DNA of 64,000 nt from Monocercomonoides exilis PA203. Its lineage: Eukaryota; Protista; Preaxostyla. Below the pieces are notes generated by a model. That model was not told the origin of the DNA. It ran no database searches and saw only the letters and a list, made by a program, of their open reading frames with translations. The position numbers and the translations under genes are program-made. The stretch spans positions 248,001 through 312,000 of the forward strand of contig LSRY02000029.1 in the NCBI GenBank assembly GCA_001643675.2. The letters are read 5' to 3'. This document shows, piece by piece, positions 11,800 to 24,884 of this stretch (positions are counted from its first letter, which is position 1; each line of letters opens with the position of its first letter).

Positions 11800-14700
11800 C
11801 ATTTTTTGCGCCAAAAATGCTTCCATTAAACGAAAATCTTCACTTGCACTTTTTCATCTTTCTCTATCTCTGTCTTCCATCCTCTTCCTCGTCTTTTAAA
11901 TACATTTGGATGTCTTCCTCCTCAGATGCTCTGCTGTTGTCACCTTTCTCAACACCTGCATCACCACCCACTGCCACTTCTCCTTCACTCCTCATTCGCA
12001 TCTGCTCACTCTTCCCTCTTCTCCTTCCTCGATGGGTCCCTCGCTGTGTTCTCCTCCCTCTTTTCCTCTCCAAAACATCCTTTCCACTTCAGCTCAATGC
12101 TCATTTGTGCTTGCAAAGTTACCCTTCGCCTCTCCAGGATATCTGTCCATTCCCTCCACCTCACCTGCCCTGCTATTCGTGCTCTCCCCGCTTCCTCCCT
12201 CTTCCTCTCCCACTCCAACCTCTCCACCCTACATCCTGCCTAGCCTCTGCTGGTTTTTCAATAATAGCATCAGCTTCTTCGTTGAGCATCTCATCACCAC
12301 TATTTATCCACTGAATGATTCAGCGTGTTATTTTCATCTTTCTGTTTTAAATAAGTCAACAAGCTTCTTCAGCATGATGTTCTCCTTCTTCACTACCATT
12401 TCTTTCGACCAGTTCAGAGGCGAACAACTGTGAACATATCGACAGCTGCTTGTTCACCTGCAACAGATCAGCCTGTCCCGAATGTCGCCTTTGCCTGCAG
12501 CATCATCATCAGCTCTGACTTTTGTGAGATTAACATTGCCTCGCTTTGACAAAGCGACTGCGCACTCTCTGGCACTTCCAAGTGGCTTCCCAACCATCGA
12601 TTAGCTCTCCGAAGCATCGCATCTTACATCCCTTCCCTGCTGTTTGTTGCTGTGCTTAAGGACACCCATGAAAAAGAAGCAGCAGACGGAATGATTCAGA
12701 TAAATAACAATTGATTATTTCTCCGTTTTAGCGTTCTTTTACTGCTCGTTGAAGTCTTCTCTTCCAACTTTTCTCCTTTTCCATATTATCCTTTTTTCTT
12801 TTAAAATCTCTTCAATTTTTTTAAATCCAAATTCCATTCATAATATTCTGTTTTTAATAAATTTATCTTTCTCTTTATCTTCATTCTCTTCATTCACCAA
12901 ATAATTTTCTTTTCATTTTTTGAAGAAGATGATTTCTTCATAAATACTATTCTTTTTTTTTCCGCTGTTATTCCTTATGAAGATGTAAAAAATGAAGAAA
13001 TACGATAAGAAGAAGAAGATGATGATGATGACTACGATGATTAATCAGATGGTAGCTGTAACAAAAGCAGAGCAAGGAGGACAGTTGCAGGTGAAGATGA
13101 AAGAATATCCTTTGAAAAAAGAAAGAATTTTGAAAAAAATAGACTTCGCATCGTAGAATTCTCAGGAATTGCTCCAGATGGGGGAGAAAAGAAAAAGTGA
13201 AAGATACCCGTTCACGACTCTGAAGTGGGAGAGAGAGATTCGAAGGAAAAGGGAGGAAAACTAAGGATGGAGAATTTTTTGATGTGAATGACGGAGAAGA
13301 GGGAAAAGGAGAGGGAGATTGCGAAAGAGAAGAGAGAGGTAACTGAGAGGAGGTGACGCTTGTCTGAAGCTGATGTGGAAGAATTGCTGAGAATTAGTCT
13401 TTCTTTATCTGATAGGGAAGTTCTCCTCTTCTTCCACTTGCTGTTCCTTATGCATTTATCGCATGCCAACAGAAGTTGTATTGGCTTCATCAGCAGCAGA
13501 ATTTGAAGATCCACTCAGGTCCAGTGCATCTGTTGTTATATTCGGTGCCAATGAAGTTGACTGAGACTCAGATGTTTGCTGGACAGAAGCAAAAGCGGAA
13601 GGTGTGGCTTGTGCGAATGCAGCGCCAACAACCTCCAATCGCTGGATGAGAGAGGCAGAAATGAACATCGAAGGAGAAGAAGAAGGTTTCTGGACATGGT
13701 GTGTCTCGAATATGGCTGATATTTTGTGGAGCAAGTCCTTCTTCACCATCAGCCTGTGAGCAGCGGTTGCAACAGCAGTGAGTGCAGTGCGCGTGGCCAG
13801 CAGACAAAGCAGCAGGCGATTGGACAACGCGGCAGAAGGTCCGAGGGGCTGCGTGGAGAATGAGATGATGGCAGGTGTTGTGATGGAGGATGATGTGGAC
13901 TGAGAATTTTCAAAGAAGTGACGAAGGAGGTGAATAAAGAAGGGATGGAGAACACGGAAGATGAAGTGAAAGACACTGAAAGCATCTTTGAAAGCAGAGT
14001 GCGGACGATAGAAGTGAGTGGATGAGAAAGATGGAGAGGACACACGTTGACAAGAAGCGCTCATGAAAACTCGAGAGAAGAAGGCAGAATCGAATGCTGC
14101 TCCCCTTTCTGTGGATACTCAATGCACAGCGGAACAACCTGAAAAGATGGATTTGTCAGTTCGAGCAGAGTTTCTCCGATGGATGGGACATATGTAGTTC
14201 TTTGAGGAGGAACTAAAATTGTATTTTCTGAGGCAGACAGCATAAGTTGTTGGTCTTCGAAAAAGACAGACGAAGCAAACAAAAGCGGGTCAAGCAGAAT
14301 ATTCGCATTGATTGCATATGACTCTCTTTCCACTGCATTCAAAGAGAAATTATTTTCATCATTCTTTCTATTGATCTTGTTCTGCACATCAGGAATAGTG
14401 CTGAAGATTCCCCTCTCTTCTCAGAACAGCTCAACTGTGCCTCTTGCCTCGTCCCCTCCTTCAACAGCTGTCCTTCCTTCTCCTCTCCACACATTCATCT
14501 CCTTTCTCATGTTCTCCACCAGTTGCATATCTCTCACAGTATCTTCTCCTCCCAAGCTGAACAGCCTCGTTCCACACAACAGGCTCAGAAACGAGTTCGC
14601 ATCATTTGCCAATACTTTCCCTGTTTCACCAGCATGCGAAGAAGGAATGGTTGTGAACTTTGGAGCTGAGGTGGCCAAAGCTGGTTGAAAAGATGAGACA

Positions 14701-16316
14701 GCGCGTTTCCGAGTGAGTGGAGCAAAGCAGCGCCTTCATTCTTCCCAACCTGCTGCATCGACCACAAAACAGTTTCTCCAGCCCTGTCTTCAGTCTGCAT
14801 TTCCTCCCAAACAGAATGATAATCCCAAAGTCATCCACTCCTCCACCATCACTTCCATTGGCATTGATATTTGCATAACCTGTCTGGTTAGACAGACTTG
14901 CAGAAGAAGAAGCTATCGCAAACCCGTTTTCCGCAGCTGCTCTGAGATGTTCCTGCAATTCTCTGCGGAGTGCTGCTCTGATGGCAGACAAGACAAGATT
15001 CCTTCGTAACACAGAAACAGCCGCCAAGCTGTGGTTGATGTGTCTTCTGCGCGGGCTCTGCAGCGCTTCTCTGCTGCCGTCTGAGCCAATTGTGTTCTTG
15101 TATTCTTCTTTCTCTCCATTTTCCTTTGTGGACTTGGGTGAAGGAAAGGTAAACTGCAGAGGGGTCGAACTGAGCTCTCCGCTGGAGATGGTTGAGATGT
15201 GTGAGAAAGTGACATGCGACTTCTTCTGATTTCTCTTTTTGGATTCAGATGAAAGCGTCTTTCGCTGCTTGGGAGTGAAGCGCAAGGCATGGAGTGTGTA
15301 TGAGTCTTCTTTTCTTTCCGCTGCCTTGTCTGCTTTATTGGCATTTAATGCGTCAGCAGATTGTGTTAAATCCAAACTGTCTTCATCATCACTAACGTCA
15401 CTATCATCGCTATCGTCATTATCTTCGTCTTCACAATCTTCTTTTGCTTTTTCAGTGTCAGCTGCACCTTCTCCGTTCACTCACTCTTTCATCTCTTCAT
15501 CTCGAACAAATAGAACATGTTCTTCCCTTTCCCTCTCGGCCAGATCTTTCTTTTGAGCGTCTTTGCCTTGATTTCCTCTTCCTGAACGAGATTTGAAGGC
15601 AGCAGAAGGAAGACTGGCTTGATTAGAGGAATAATACTTCCATGTGTCAGCTTCAGTATGTTCTTCTTCTTCTTCGTAAGTGCCTCCTTCTTCTGCCTCT
15701 CTTTCATCTCAGCTGCATTAAATGTTGCTTCAACTCAGCTGTTTTCTCTCATTTTTGCCGAGTTGCATGTGTTCGAGGTGTCATATTCAAAAACAGATCT
15801 GCTCTTTTCCAGTGTCTGCCGAATGGACCGTGTACTTGTCAAAAATATCTTTGCACTGAGAATCCTGTCTTACTCCATGTCTTCATCTTCTTCCTCCTCC
15901 TCATCCTCATCAAAAACTTCCTCGTCATCTTCATTTCCATCAATGTTTCTGTCACTTCTTCCACTTGTCTCACTCGTGTCAGACACAGAAGAGTCAAATG
16001 TGATGCTGCAATCTACCACATGTAGCAGCTCCAGCTCTCTCGAAAGCATCTCACTCAGTACATCATACGAACTCATCGTCGGACTTGTCTTTGATAGGAA
16101 TGCTTTTCCTTTCGCTTTTCCTTTCCCTTTCACGCTCGCTTTCTATCTCCGCTTTGCTCCTCTTTGTCTTCCAAACTCCTATTCATCTGGAAGAAGCTCT
16201 TTAAACGCATAAATTATTCTTCCCTTCTCTTTCTCTTTCTCCTTTTCCTTTTCTCTCTCCTTTTCCTTTTCCTTCTCCTTCTCTTTGTTTCAAAACTATC
16301 CTCTTGCTCGCCAATG
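11800..16316 (-). pseudogene. Decayed 3' continuation of the large minus-strand gene (multiple stops and frameshifts)
   Basis: The frame of the 16317-19724 ORF continues past its TAA through further TAG, TGA and TAA codons (e.g. 16296, 16290, 15870) into ORFs 15870-16133 and 15489-15707. It then frameshifts into 14626-15480, 14061-14387 and others with the same coding-like composition. The lower boundary is approximate. Confidence 0.6.
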
Positions 16317-19300
16317 TTACAACAGTTGATTCCAAACGCCTCGTATTCTGCGCTGTTGCATTTGCATTTGCACATCCTTCACTCTTCTTCCCCTGCTGCT
16401 TCCACCCATCTTGTTTGTCAGTCCCAGCACTTCTGATTTGAACTCGGGTGGAGCAATTCTTGAGCCTGTGTGCGTCTTCATTCGAACTGTTCGCTTGAAG
16501 GCAGCAAGCGCTTTTCTCCCGCCGCTTCTTTTGAGTGCTCTTCCAAATGCAGTTGATGGAATGCTCAGCAGTGAAACAGAAGAAGAAGAAGAAGATGATG
16601 AAGAGGGATTCTTGGCTTGAGCATTAGATATAGGGAAAGAGGCAGTTGGAAAGCCAGCACTTGACGATGCAGAGGTGGAAGAAGAAGCAGAAGAAGCAGA
16701 AGAAGCAGAAGAAGAAGAAGACTGAAGATTGAGTGAATTTGAGCTTCCTTCTTCCTCTTTTGTGTAAGTTTGTTGTTCTTCACTGACTTTGTTTGAATCA
16801 CTCACTGTGTTGTTAACATCTTCATTGTCATTTACATTTTCATTTCCTTCTTTCTTCTTCTCATTCTCTTCTTCCTCTTCTTCTTTCTTCCCTTCCTTTG
16901 CAGACTCTCCGTCTTCACTCAGAAATCCAAGTGAGTCACTTTCATCCATCTTGTCTCTATCTGATGACACACCTTCACTTACACCTTCACCATTGCTATC
17001 CATTCCATTTCCTCCTCTTTCTTCTCTCTCCTCTCTCTCTTCTCCTTCTTCCCTCGCCTCTCTCGCTGCAAACAATGAATTCTCTTTCCCAATCGTCTTC
17101 TTCCCTCTTTTTGGCTTTCCCCTGTGTGGCTTTCGGAAGTCGAGGTCTAACATCTTCGGTGCATGCACTTGCCTTTTCCCTTCGACGATGTCTGAGGCAG
17201 ACAGCTGATGGCGAAGGGGAGATGAGGGATGAGGGGGCAGAGGGGAACTGGGGGTGGAGGAAGGATAGGGTGAAGATGAGGGAGAAGAGGAAGGAGAAGG
17301 AGAAGGAGAAGGAGAAGGAGAAGGAGAGGAAGAGGAAGAGGAAGAGGAAGAAGATGGAATGCCCTTTCTTCTCTTTGAAGGAGAACGGGGAGAAGGCAAT
17401 TGCTTTGATGGAATGGATGATGAAGTTGCAGGAGGAAAAGAAGTATTTGAAGCAGCAGAAGCAGCAGAAGAAGAAGTTATTGAAGATGACATCACAGTTG
17501 ATGCTTCTGATGAAGGAGCAGAAGCATCTGATGTCATTTCTGTTGAATTTGTTGGTGTTATTTTTCCCTTGTCTCCGTCCTCACCGATCATGTCTTCTTC
17601 TCTTTTCACAACATCTCCTTTGCTTATCTCAATCATCTCTTTCTTCATCTGCTTCACTGTTTGAGACAGAACACTCGGCGCTTCATTCAACTGAGCCATT
17701 CCCATTCCACTTCCACTTCCACTTCCACCACCACTTCTCTCTCTCTCTCTCTCTCTTTCTCTTTCTCTTTCTTTCTCTCTCTCTTTCTCCATTTTCACCT
17801 CATCATTGGCACTTCTCAGCAAGTTGTTGATGTTCATCTTTTGTGTCTGTGTCTGTGGCTGTGTCTGTGTGCGAGTGAGAGGGCTAAGTGGAGGATGTGC
17901 TTGATGCTTGCTGGAGCGCCTGGAGTGTGAGGGAACAATGGAAAGACGAGAATTCAAAGAGGATTTGCCCAAAAGACGAGAGGCGGTGGAAGAAAGAGAG
18001 GAGAAATGAGAAGAAGAAGAAGAAGTTAAAGAAGAGGAAGATAAACGAGAACGAAAAGAAACAGAAGAAGTTGAAGAAGAAGCAGAAGAAGATGATGAAC
18101 CAGGAGGAGGCATCAGCTGAGGGTGAGGAATGTTCCTCTGCTTCATTCCGTTGTAATAATTGGTCGATGGATGTGAAAGAGGCACAAGTGCTGTTGAATT
18201 CTCATGAGAAGAAGAAGATGATGATGAAGAGGAAGAAGAGGAAGCAGAAGAGGAGGAGGAAGAAGAAGAAGAAGAAGAACGCAAAGATTTCGGAATGACC
18301 TGCATATTTCTGAGTGCGCCTTTTGGAGCTGACTTCTCTTTGTCCTTCACTCGCTGCTGTTCAGCCACGTAATTCGCTCTCTGCTTTTCGAAATCTCTCA
18401 GCTCTGCCTCAAACGCAGCTGATATGCCGTCCAATTCACGATGGAGCTCAGGAATGAAGAGAGTGTTGATGTAATGGGCAACGAAACGGGGCTGGAGGAA
18501 AAGAGGGAGGGAAGAGAAATGGAAAGAGGAGGAGGAGGAAGAAGAGGAGGAGGAAGAAGAAGATGATGATGAATGATGTTGGTGATTTATTTGATTGGAA
18601 TGTTCAGATGAAGTGGAAGATGATGTGACAGACGGAAGAAGAGGAGAAGAAGCAAGAGATGCTGTTGGAATTCCAAAAGAAGAGGAAGAAGAGGAAGAGG
18701 AAGAAGGAGAGGAAGGAAAAGAGGAAGAAGAGAACGAAGAAGAAGACATTGAAGGAGTGAGAGATGGAGAAGAAGGCGGAGAATATGTTGGAGTCAGAGG
18801 AGGAGTGGCAGAGCCAACAGAAACAGCACTTTTGTTAGCTTTTTCAGAACTGTCAGTTGCATTTTGATTGAATCGATTCGATTCCAATGTGTTTGTGACA
18901 GAAGGGAAGCATCTGCAGTATGTGGAGATGATCTGTGACAGCGTCAGAATGGATGGATTTGTCTTTTTTGTGCTTTTATTCGCTTTTTTGTTGTTTTCTC
19001 TGAAACCTGCTTCATTGCTGACACGATTGATGTTGCTATTCATCAGAGAATCAGATGAACTCACTCCATTTCCACTGAAAATTGTATTGTTCTGATTCAA
19101 CATTGTCATCATCTTCTGTTTCTTCTCCATCTCCTTCTTTTCCTTCTTCTTCTGCTTCATCAGCTCAGCCACTGAACTCTTTGATGGATCCACTGCACGG
19201 ACACTGCTCAGAAATGCACGTGGCTGCAGAATCCTGTCTGTTGTCAGCCCAACAAGCGAATACCTCACAAACGCCTCACACCACTGCGAAAACACAACAC

Positions 19301-22121
19301 CGTTCGAAAGCAGCTGCGAATTCCGCATCTCCTTCCGCTGCTGCTGCCTCTTCTTCAGCAGATCCTTCCTCTCTTCTTTCTCTTTCTCTCCCTCACACAG
19401 CTGATACACCCATCTTGGTGTGTCTTTGTTGTTTGCGATAATCACATCATCTCCTTCTTCCTTCTCCATCAGTTCATCAACATCATCCACCTCTTGCTCA
19501 AACAATGTAGACAGCACTGTCTGTGCGAAGATGGCAGCGACGACGTAGACACACCCCACAAACAGCGTGCGGAGCGACTGATTTGGCAGCAGCACGAGCG
19601 AATGCGCAGAAGACACACACAACACAAACAGCCTCCAGATGGCAGTGAGCTCAGCACCAGACAAGCCGAGGGAGGCAGCCAGGACGAAGGCGCGAGAGGA
19701 GAAGAGGCGGGTCACTTTGAGCACAACAAAGTCGACAGAGTGGAAGACGAAGGCAGAATGAGAGGAGGAGGCGATGCTTTCGGCACGGCGAAGTAGAATA
19801 GAAACACTCTTGTCAATTGTGTTGGGGTTGGTGCTGGAAGGAGGAGAGGTTGTATGATTGGTGGAGTGTTTTGTGGAAGAAGAAGAAGATAATTACAATG
19901 ATGGATTCTTGCGCGCTTCAGAAGGTAATATTATTATTCCAAAGCCCAGCGTTGGGAAATCCGGATTATTTGCCAATTCTCTGTAAGTGACATTTTCATG
20001 AGCCAACCATTCAATTCCTTTTGTTTTGTTCCACTCCAAACACTTTGCAGCTGCTGGGAACATCCTCCGCACTTTTGGGATGTCATTACCAATTTGTGCA
20101 ATCAGCGCCTTCTGTCTAAGCACAGCATATGTGCTGCTCTTCATCATCCGCTCGGCCTCTGCCTGCAACGCCTCCTTCTCCTCTTTCGCTTTCATCTCGC
20201 TCTTCCTCCTCTTCCTCTCTTCTTCTGCTTTCTCTGCTGCTCGCACTGCCCTCAGCTGCTTCAATCGTTCTTTCTTGCTTCTTCTCAACTCCATCAGTTC
20301 TCTCTCTTCTTCGTTGAATTCCATTTTGATGCGCTTCTTCGTCTTCTTCATTGAATCAGCCAGATATGCTTCAATCAGACACAGCAGCTCTTCATCTGAG
20401 CGCTGAGAGAGAATGGCATAGATCGAAGTGGAGGGCGTTGGAAGACTTGAGGTGTGAGAGAGAACAAATGAAGAAGAAGAAGAAGAAGAAGAAGGCAAAA
20501 TAGATTTAGTTGGCTGAGGAAGATTGCGAGAAGATGAAATGGTCGTGATTTCTGCTGATTTCTTTGACAGTATTTCAGACAGAGATTTGCTGAGTGAGTG
20601 GATGAAGCGATTATTTGGGGGCATGTCAGCATCAGAGTCAGAAGGAGAAGAAGGAGAAGAGGCAGCAGAAGGAAGAGAAGGGACAGAAGGGAGAGTGGAG
20701 ATTGGGGAGATAGGCAAGATGGATGAGACAGGAGTAATAGAAGAGGAAGAGACAGAAGAAGAAGAAGGAAAAAAGGAAGTTGAAGGAGAAATGGTAGAAG
20801 GTACAGAAGGAGTGAAGGAAGGAGTGAAAGAGACAGAATATGAAGATGAGAGCATTGGGCGAGAAGAAGAAATAGAAGCAGAAGCAGAATAAACAGCTGA
20901 ATGCGCAGAGAGAAGCATGTTTCCTTCTTTCTTCACAGGCGACGAAGGCGGAGTGAAGATTGAGTACAGCTGCTCTTCGTATTCCAACGGCGCTGGGATG
21001 TGCTCTTTGCAGAAGCCGGCTCGTCTGTCAGAGGCAGCAAGAGATCTTGTTCGGATGCTGCTTGAAGAAGGAGAGGAGAGAGAAGGGAGAGGAGAGAGAG
21101 AAGAAAAGGAGGAAAGGGATGAAAGAGAAGGAGAAGAAGAATTAAGAGATAAAAGAGGAACTTGAGCAGACAGTGTTAGTTGAGATGGATGAGATGAGTG
21201 GGGAAGATGAGGAAGATATGTTGAATGGGAAGAGGAAAGAGGAAGAGAAACAGAGGGAGACAGAGAAGGAGATAAAGAAGCAGCATAACTGCCATTCTCA
21301 CTCATATTCTCATTCACATTGAAACTTCCATTGCTATTGTCATTGACACTTCCACTTTCATTCACACTTGCTGTGTCAATTGTATCTGCTGTTGCATTCC
21401 CAACAGAAGATTGTCTTTCCTCTTCCACCTCCATCTGCCCATTACCCTCATTTGATGTCTCATTTGAAGCAGACTCATCAGAAGGTGGAAGCTCAAATCT
21501 GACAGTTGGAGTAAAACTGTTCATCTGCTGCTGCTGCTGTTGCTGTTGACTCATCTGCTGGTTCATCCTCATTTGCTGCTGCTGTTGTTGAAGTAGCTCT
21601 TTCTCCAGTTGCTCATTCTGAAGAGTGCGAAGATGGCGCAACACACGGCTCGACAGCAGGCGAAGGTTCGAATCCTTCTTGAGGCGCTTGATCTTCTTGG
21701 CAGAACTTAACTTCTGGAAGGAGGTGGAGTTGGACAAGGGAGAAAGAGAAGAAGGTGGAAGAGAAGAAGAAGATGATGATGAAGATGACGACGACGAAGA
21801 AGAAGAGGAGGAGGAAGAAGATGATGATAAAGAAGAGAAAGGAGAAGGTGAAATGGATGGTGATGGAGCAGATGAAGTGTGTGTTGAAAGAGGCGAGCGA
21901 GGAAGATTGGCTGTGCGCAGACGAGGATGAATACGAGAGTCTGCTGTTTTGTTCTTTGAGAGCTGAAATGAGTCTGGTCTGAGTGTTGGAGACAGCAAAG
22001 GAGGAGGAGAAGGAGGAGAAGCTGAAACTGAGGAAGAAGGAGAAGCAGCAGAAGCAGAAGAAGCAGAAGAAGCAGAAGAAGCAGAAGAAGCAGAAAAAGA
22101 GGAGGAAAATAAAGACGAAAA
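16317..22121 (-). pseudogene. Retinoblastoma-related (Rb pocket-B-like) giant low-complexity gene, 5'-truncated or disrupted
   Basis: ORFs 19893-21998 and 16317-19724 share a frame and are separated by one TAA. The segment SVDFVVLKVTRLFSSRAFVLAASL..ELTAIWRLF..LLPNQSLRTLFVGCVYVVAAI..LTLSQIISTYCRCFP..FVAHYINTLFIPEL follows the Rb pocket-B pattern. There is an upstream in-frame TAA at 22122-22124, and no pocket A is visible. Confidence 0.6.
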
Positions 22122-22299
22122 TTATGATAACGAAGAGGGAGATAAGGAAGATAATTTAGTGGATGTGTTATTTGGAAAAGTGGCTTATGATTAATATGAG
22201 GAAGAAAACGATGAAGAGGAGGAATGTGAAATGGAACAATCTTTCGATAAATGGGGGGAAGTTTGAGATGATGATGAAAGCATTGAAGTCGTGCGACTG

Positions 22300-22930
22300 A
22301 ACTTCATTCAAGCAAAAAAATGAAGCAATGTTCGCACATTCCTCTGATGTTGAAAACATACCACCGAAAAGGGAATAGGCGAGAATGGGAAGACGAATGA
22401 GATGAATGGAAGGACGAGAGGGGAAAGGAAAAAGATTTTTGAGAAAAAGCATTAGCAGCAGCAGAAGAAAAAGATGATGATGAAAAAGAAAAAGAAGAAG
22501 AAGAAGATGGTTGAGGAATACTACTGGAGGCGATGTTGGTGGAATCTGTGTCATTTCCTGTGATTTTGGAATCAATCGCACTGAAGGTGAGTGCTTGAAG
22601 AGGAACAAATGTTGAGGTGAGGAGGGTGAGAGAGGCGTCTTGGAGGAGGGAAATGAAGCCAGTGAGGGCATACTCGATGGTGGCACATGGGGTCTGTTTG
22701 GGTCTGCCACAGACATCAGCATCAGTTCCACCATTTGAGACTATTTTGTTCTGGGCAATGAGGGGGAGCCAGCCATTGAAAGTTTCATTATCAGCAGTTC
22801 CTTGATTCCACACTCTTTTAGTTTGAGTTGTTGAACCACAATTCTCAAATGGGGATTGGGTTATGCTGCTTCCACTGAAGAACACATCATTTCCTCTGCC
22901 ATTTACAGAAGTGCTTCCAACGAAGAAGTT
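22300..22930 (-). pseudogene. Fragment of the large cysteine-motif surface-protein family
   Basis: FNGWLP..VSNGGTDADVCGRPKQTPCATIEYAL parallels the WLP..D..CG....C.TI repeats of the 44508-52340 protein. No intact start or end. Confidence 0.65.
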
Positions 22931-23489
22931 GATTTTTTATTCATTCACTTTTTGAATATGCTAATTAGCTGATGCGAATCTATTTTCAAATGGTTTTGCT
23001 CCTGTTTCTTTTCTCTTTGCTATGATTTCATTCAGAAAATATATTTCCTTCTGATTCTTCTGAACTCTATTGTCATGTTCTCTTTCTTCATCTTCATCCA
23101 ACAAAAATTAAACTTCATTTCAAGTGAACTGTTAATTCTCCAAAAATCTTTTTTAATTAAAAAAGAAATTCATTTCTTCATTATTTAGTTAATTTGCTTT
23201 CATCTTTTTTTCTCCATCTTCAATGCACGCTGTGTCACGATAAATAGCTATCAATATACGATAAACATGAAAAATAAAATCCAAAAGTCAGATGAATAAA
23301 TTTATAAATAAATTTTAAAAATCAATGAAGATAAGTTCAGAGTATATTCAAAGAAATAATAAGTCAAAATAGAGAATCAAAAAAAAGATAGATTGAATTA
23401 ATAATAATGGAGAAAAAACCAATTAACCATGATGAAATAAAAAATAAAGTCAAAGAAATACTCATTAAAATAGAATCACTTACAAACAT

Positions 23490-24096
23490 ATTTCTGAAAG
23501 ATGAATTATTATTCTTTCATTTTCACTGATATTCCATCTCGGGCTGACAAATTATTTATGAAAAAAATCGTATTGGTTGCTATTATTGCAGCTTTTTTAA
23601 TAGAAATAAAATGAGAATATGGTTCAAACACATTAATTGCTTTGCGCTTTGCTCACAAAAATATCCACATGAAAATTAATGCATATTTATTTTTGACACA
23701 ATAAAATACAAAAAAATTATAAATACGTTCCATTTTCCTGAAAATATGTGAAATTAAAAATCTCGATCACAAAAGTGGTCACTAATTTTTCTTCGGATTT
23801 TGCAACAAACAGACATTAAAAGATGTGGGGAAGCTGTCTGCGTGGAAATCTGAGAAAAAATTAGTGACCACTTTTGTGATCGCCAGTCATTTCAATTTTC
23901 AGTTTTATAATAGTTCCGATCGTTCAACGGATCGAATCTGATGAGAACCTTAATAAAAGTGTTTTTCTAAATGACTGGCGATCACAAAAGTGGTCACTAA
24001 TTTTTTCTCAGATTTCCACGCAGACAGCTTCCCCACATCTTTTAATGTCTGTTTGTTGCAAAATCCGAAGAAAAATTAGTGACCTCTTTTGTGATC
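23490..24096 (+). repeat. Left TIR containing a nested palindrome
   Basis: 155-bp arms at 23738-23892 and 23969-24123 (one mismatch) flank a 76-bp spacer. The motif GATCACAAAAGTGGTCACTAATTTTT occurs four times in alternating orientation. Confidence 0.93.
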
Positions 24097-24884
24097 GAGA
24101 TTTTTAATTTCACATATTTTCAGAAAATATTAGCTTTTTGTTGTTTTATATGATGATTTTGATTGATTTGTTATGTTTTCGTATTTTTAAAGGAAATTTT
24201 TTATTGCTGATATCTTTATTATTATTTGTAATATGCCTAAATACACTTTTTCGTGAACATATGGAAAAACTAACAATGTGAAGTGAGAGAAAAACGTTAA
24301 AAAATATCAATCGTTCACAAATCAAAATGACATAAAAAACAAAAAGTACTTCATGATATTAATCATTTGAAAAATTGAAAACTGTCTGAAAATTTCGAAT
24401 CAGATTCATCAACTTTCAATAAAACATAATTCAATCACATAATCATTAAACAATCACCAAATATCAACTAAATATCAACAATTTTGAACAATAAAAAATA
24501 TAAGAAGAAATAGTACAATTTCAACAAATTCGTGGTATCAACGACAATTCCAAACAAAAAAGAATACTTATATAAAAAGTTCAATAACCAACTTGTCTAT
24601 TTTCCACATGTTTTTAATCCACTCACCCCTTTCTGATATTTCTCTCTCTTTGACTCAAAAAGATCAAATCCAACAAAGAAAAAAGACAGACACAATGATA
24701 AAACAACATTTCACACTCTAGTCAACTCTTCCTTCCAAAAACCTCACCCAAAGATCAATGAATTCCCTCATAACTCTCTCTATTAATGAATCTCGATAAA
24801 TACAAATATTAGCGGGACAATAACCAATATAATTATAGGGACATTATAGGGACAAAAATCACAAGAAAACAATCGGATTCTAAC

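Noticed and set aside
15489-22124. In-frame TAA/TAG read-through suggesting a TAR=Gln alternative genetic code, as in some oxymonads
   Set aside because: The same frame also contains TGA stops and frameshifts. Intact genes here end in TAA or TAG (4912, 25022, 44508, 54985) and have thousands of codons with no internal TAR.
23938-23975. CTGATGAG in the TIR hairpin spacer suggesting a hammerhead ribozyme
   Set aside because: No GAAA follows a plausible stem II, and no stem I/III with an NUH cleavage site can be built.
23765-24096. Recurrent 26-bp motif with spacers resembling a CRISPR array
   Set aside because: The copies alternate in orientation, the spacers are inverted duplicates, the context is eukaryotic, and there are no cas genes.
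24832-24853. Tandem 11-mer attatagggac x2 near the structured RNA
   Set aside because: Only two copies; a simple slippage duplication cannot be distinguished from a functional site.
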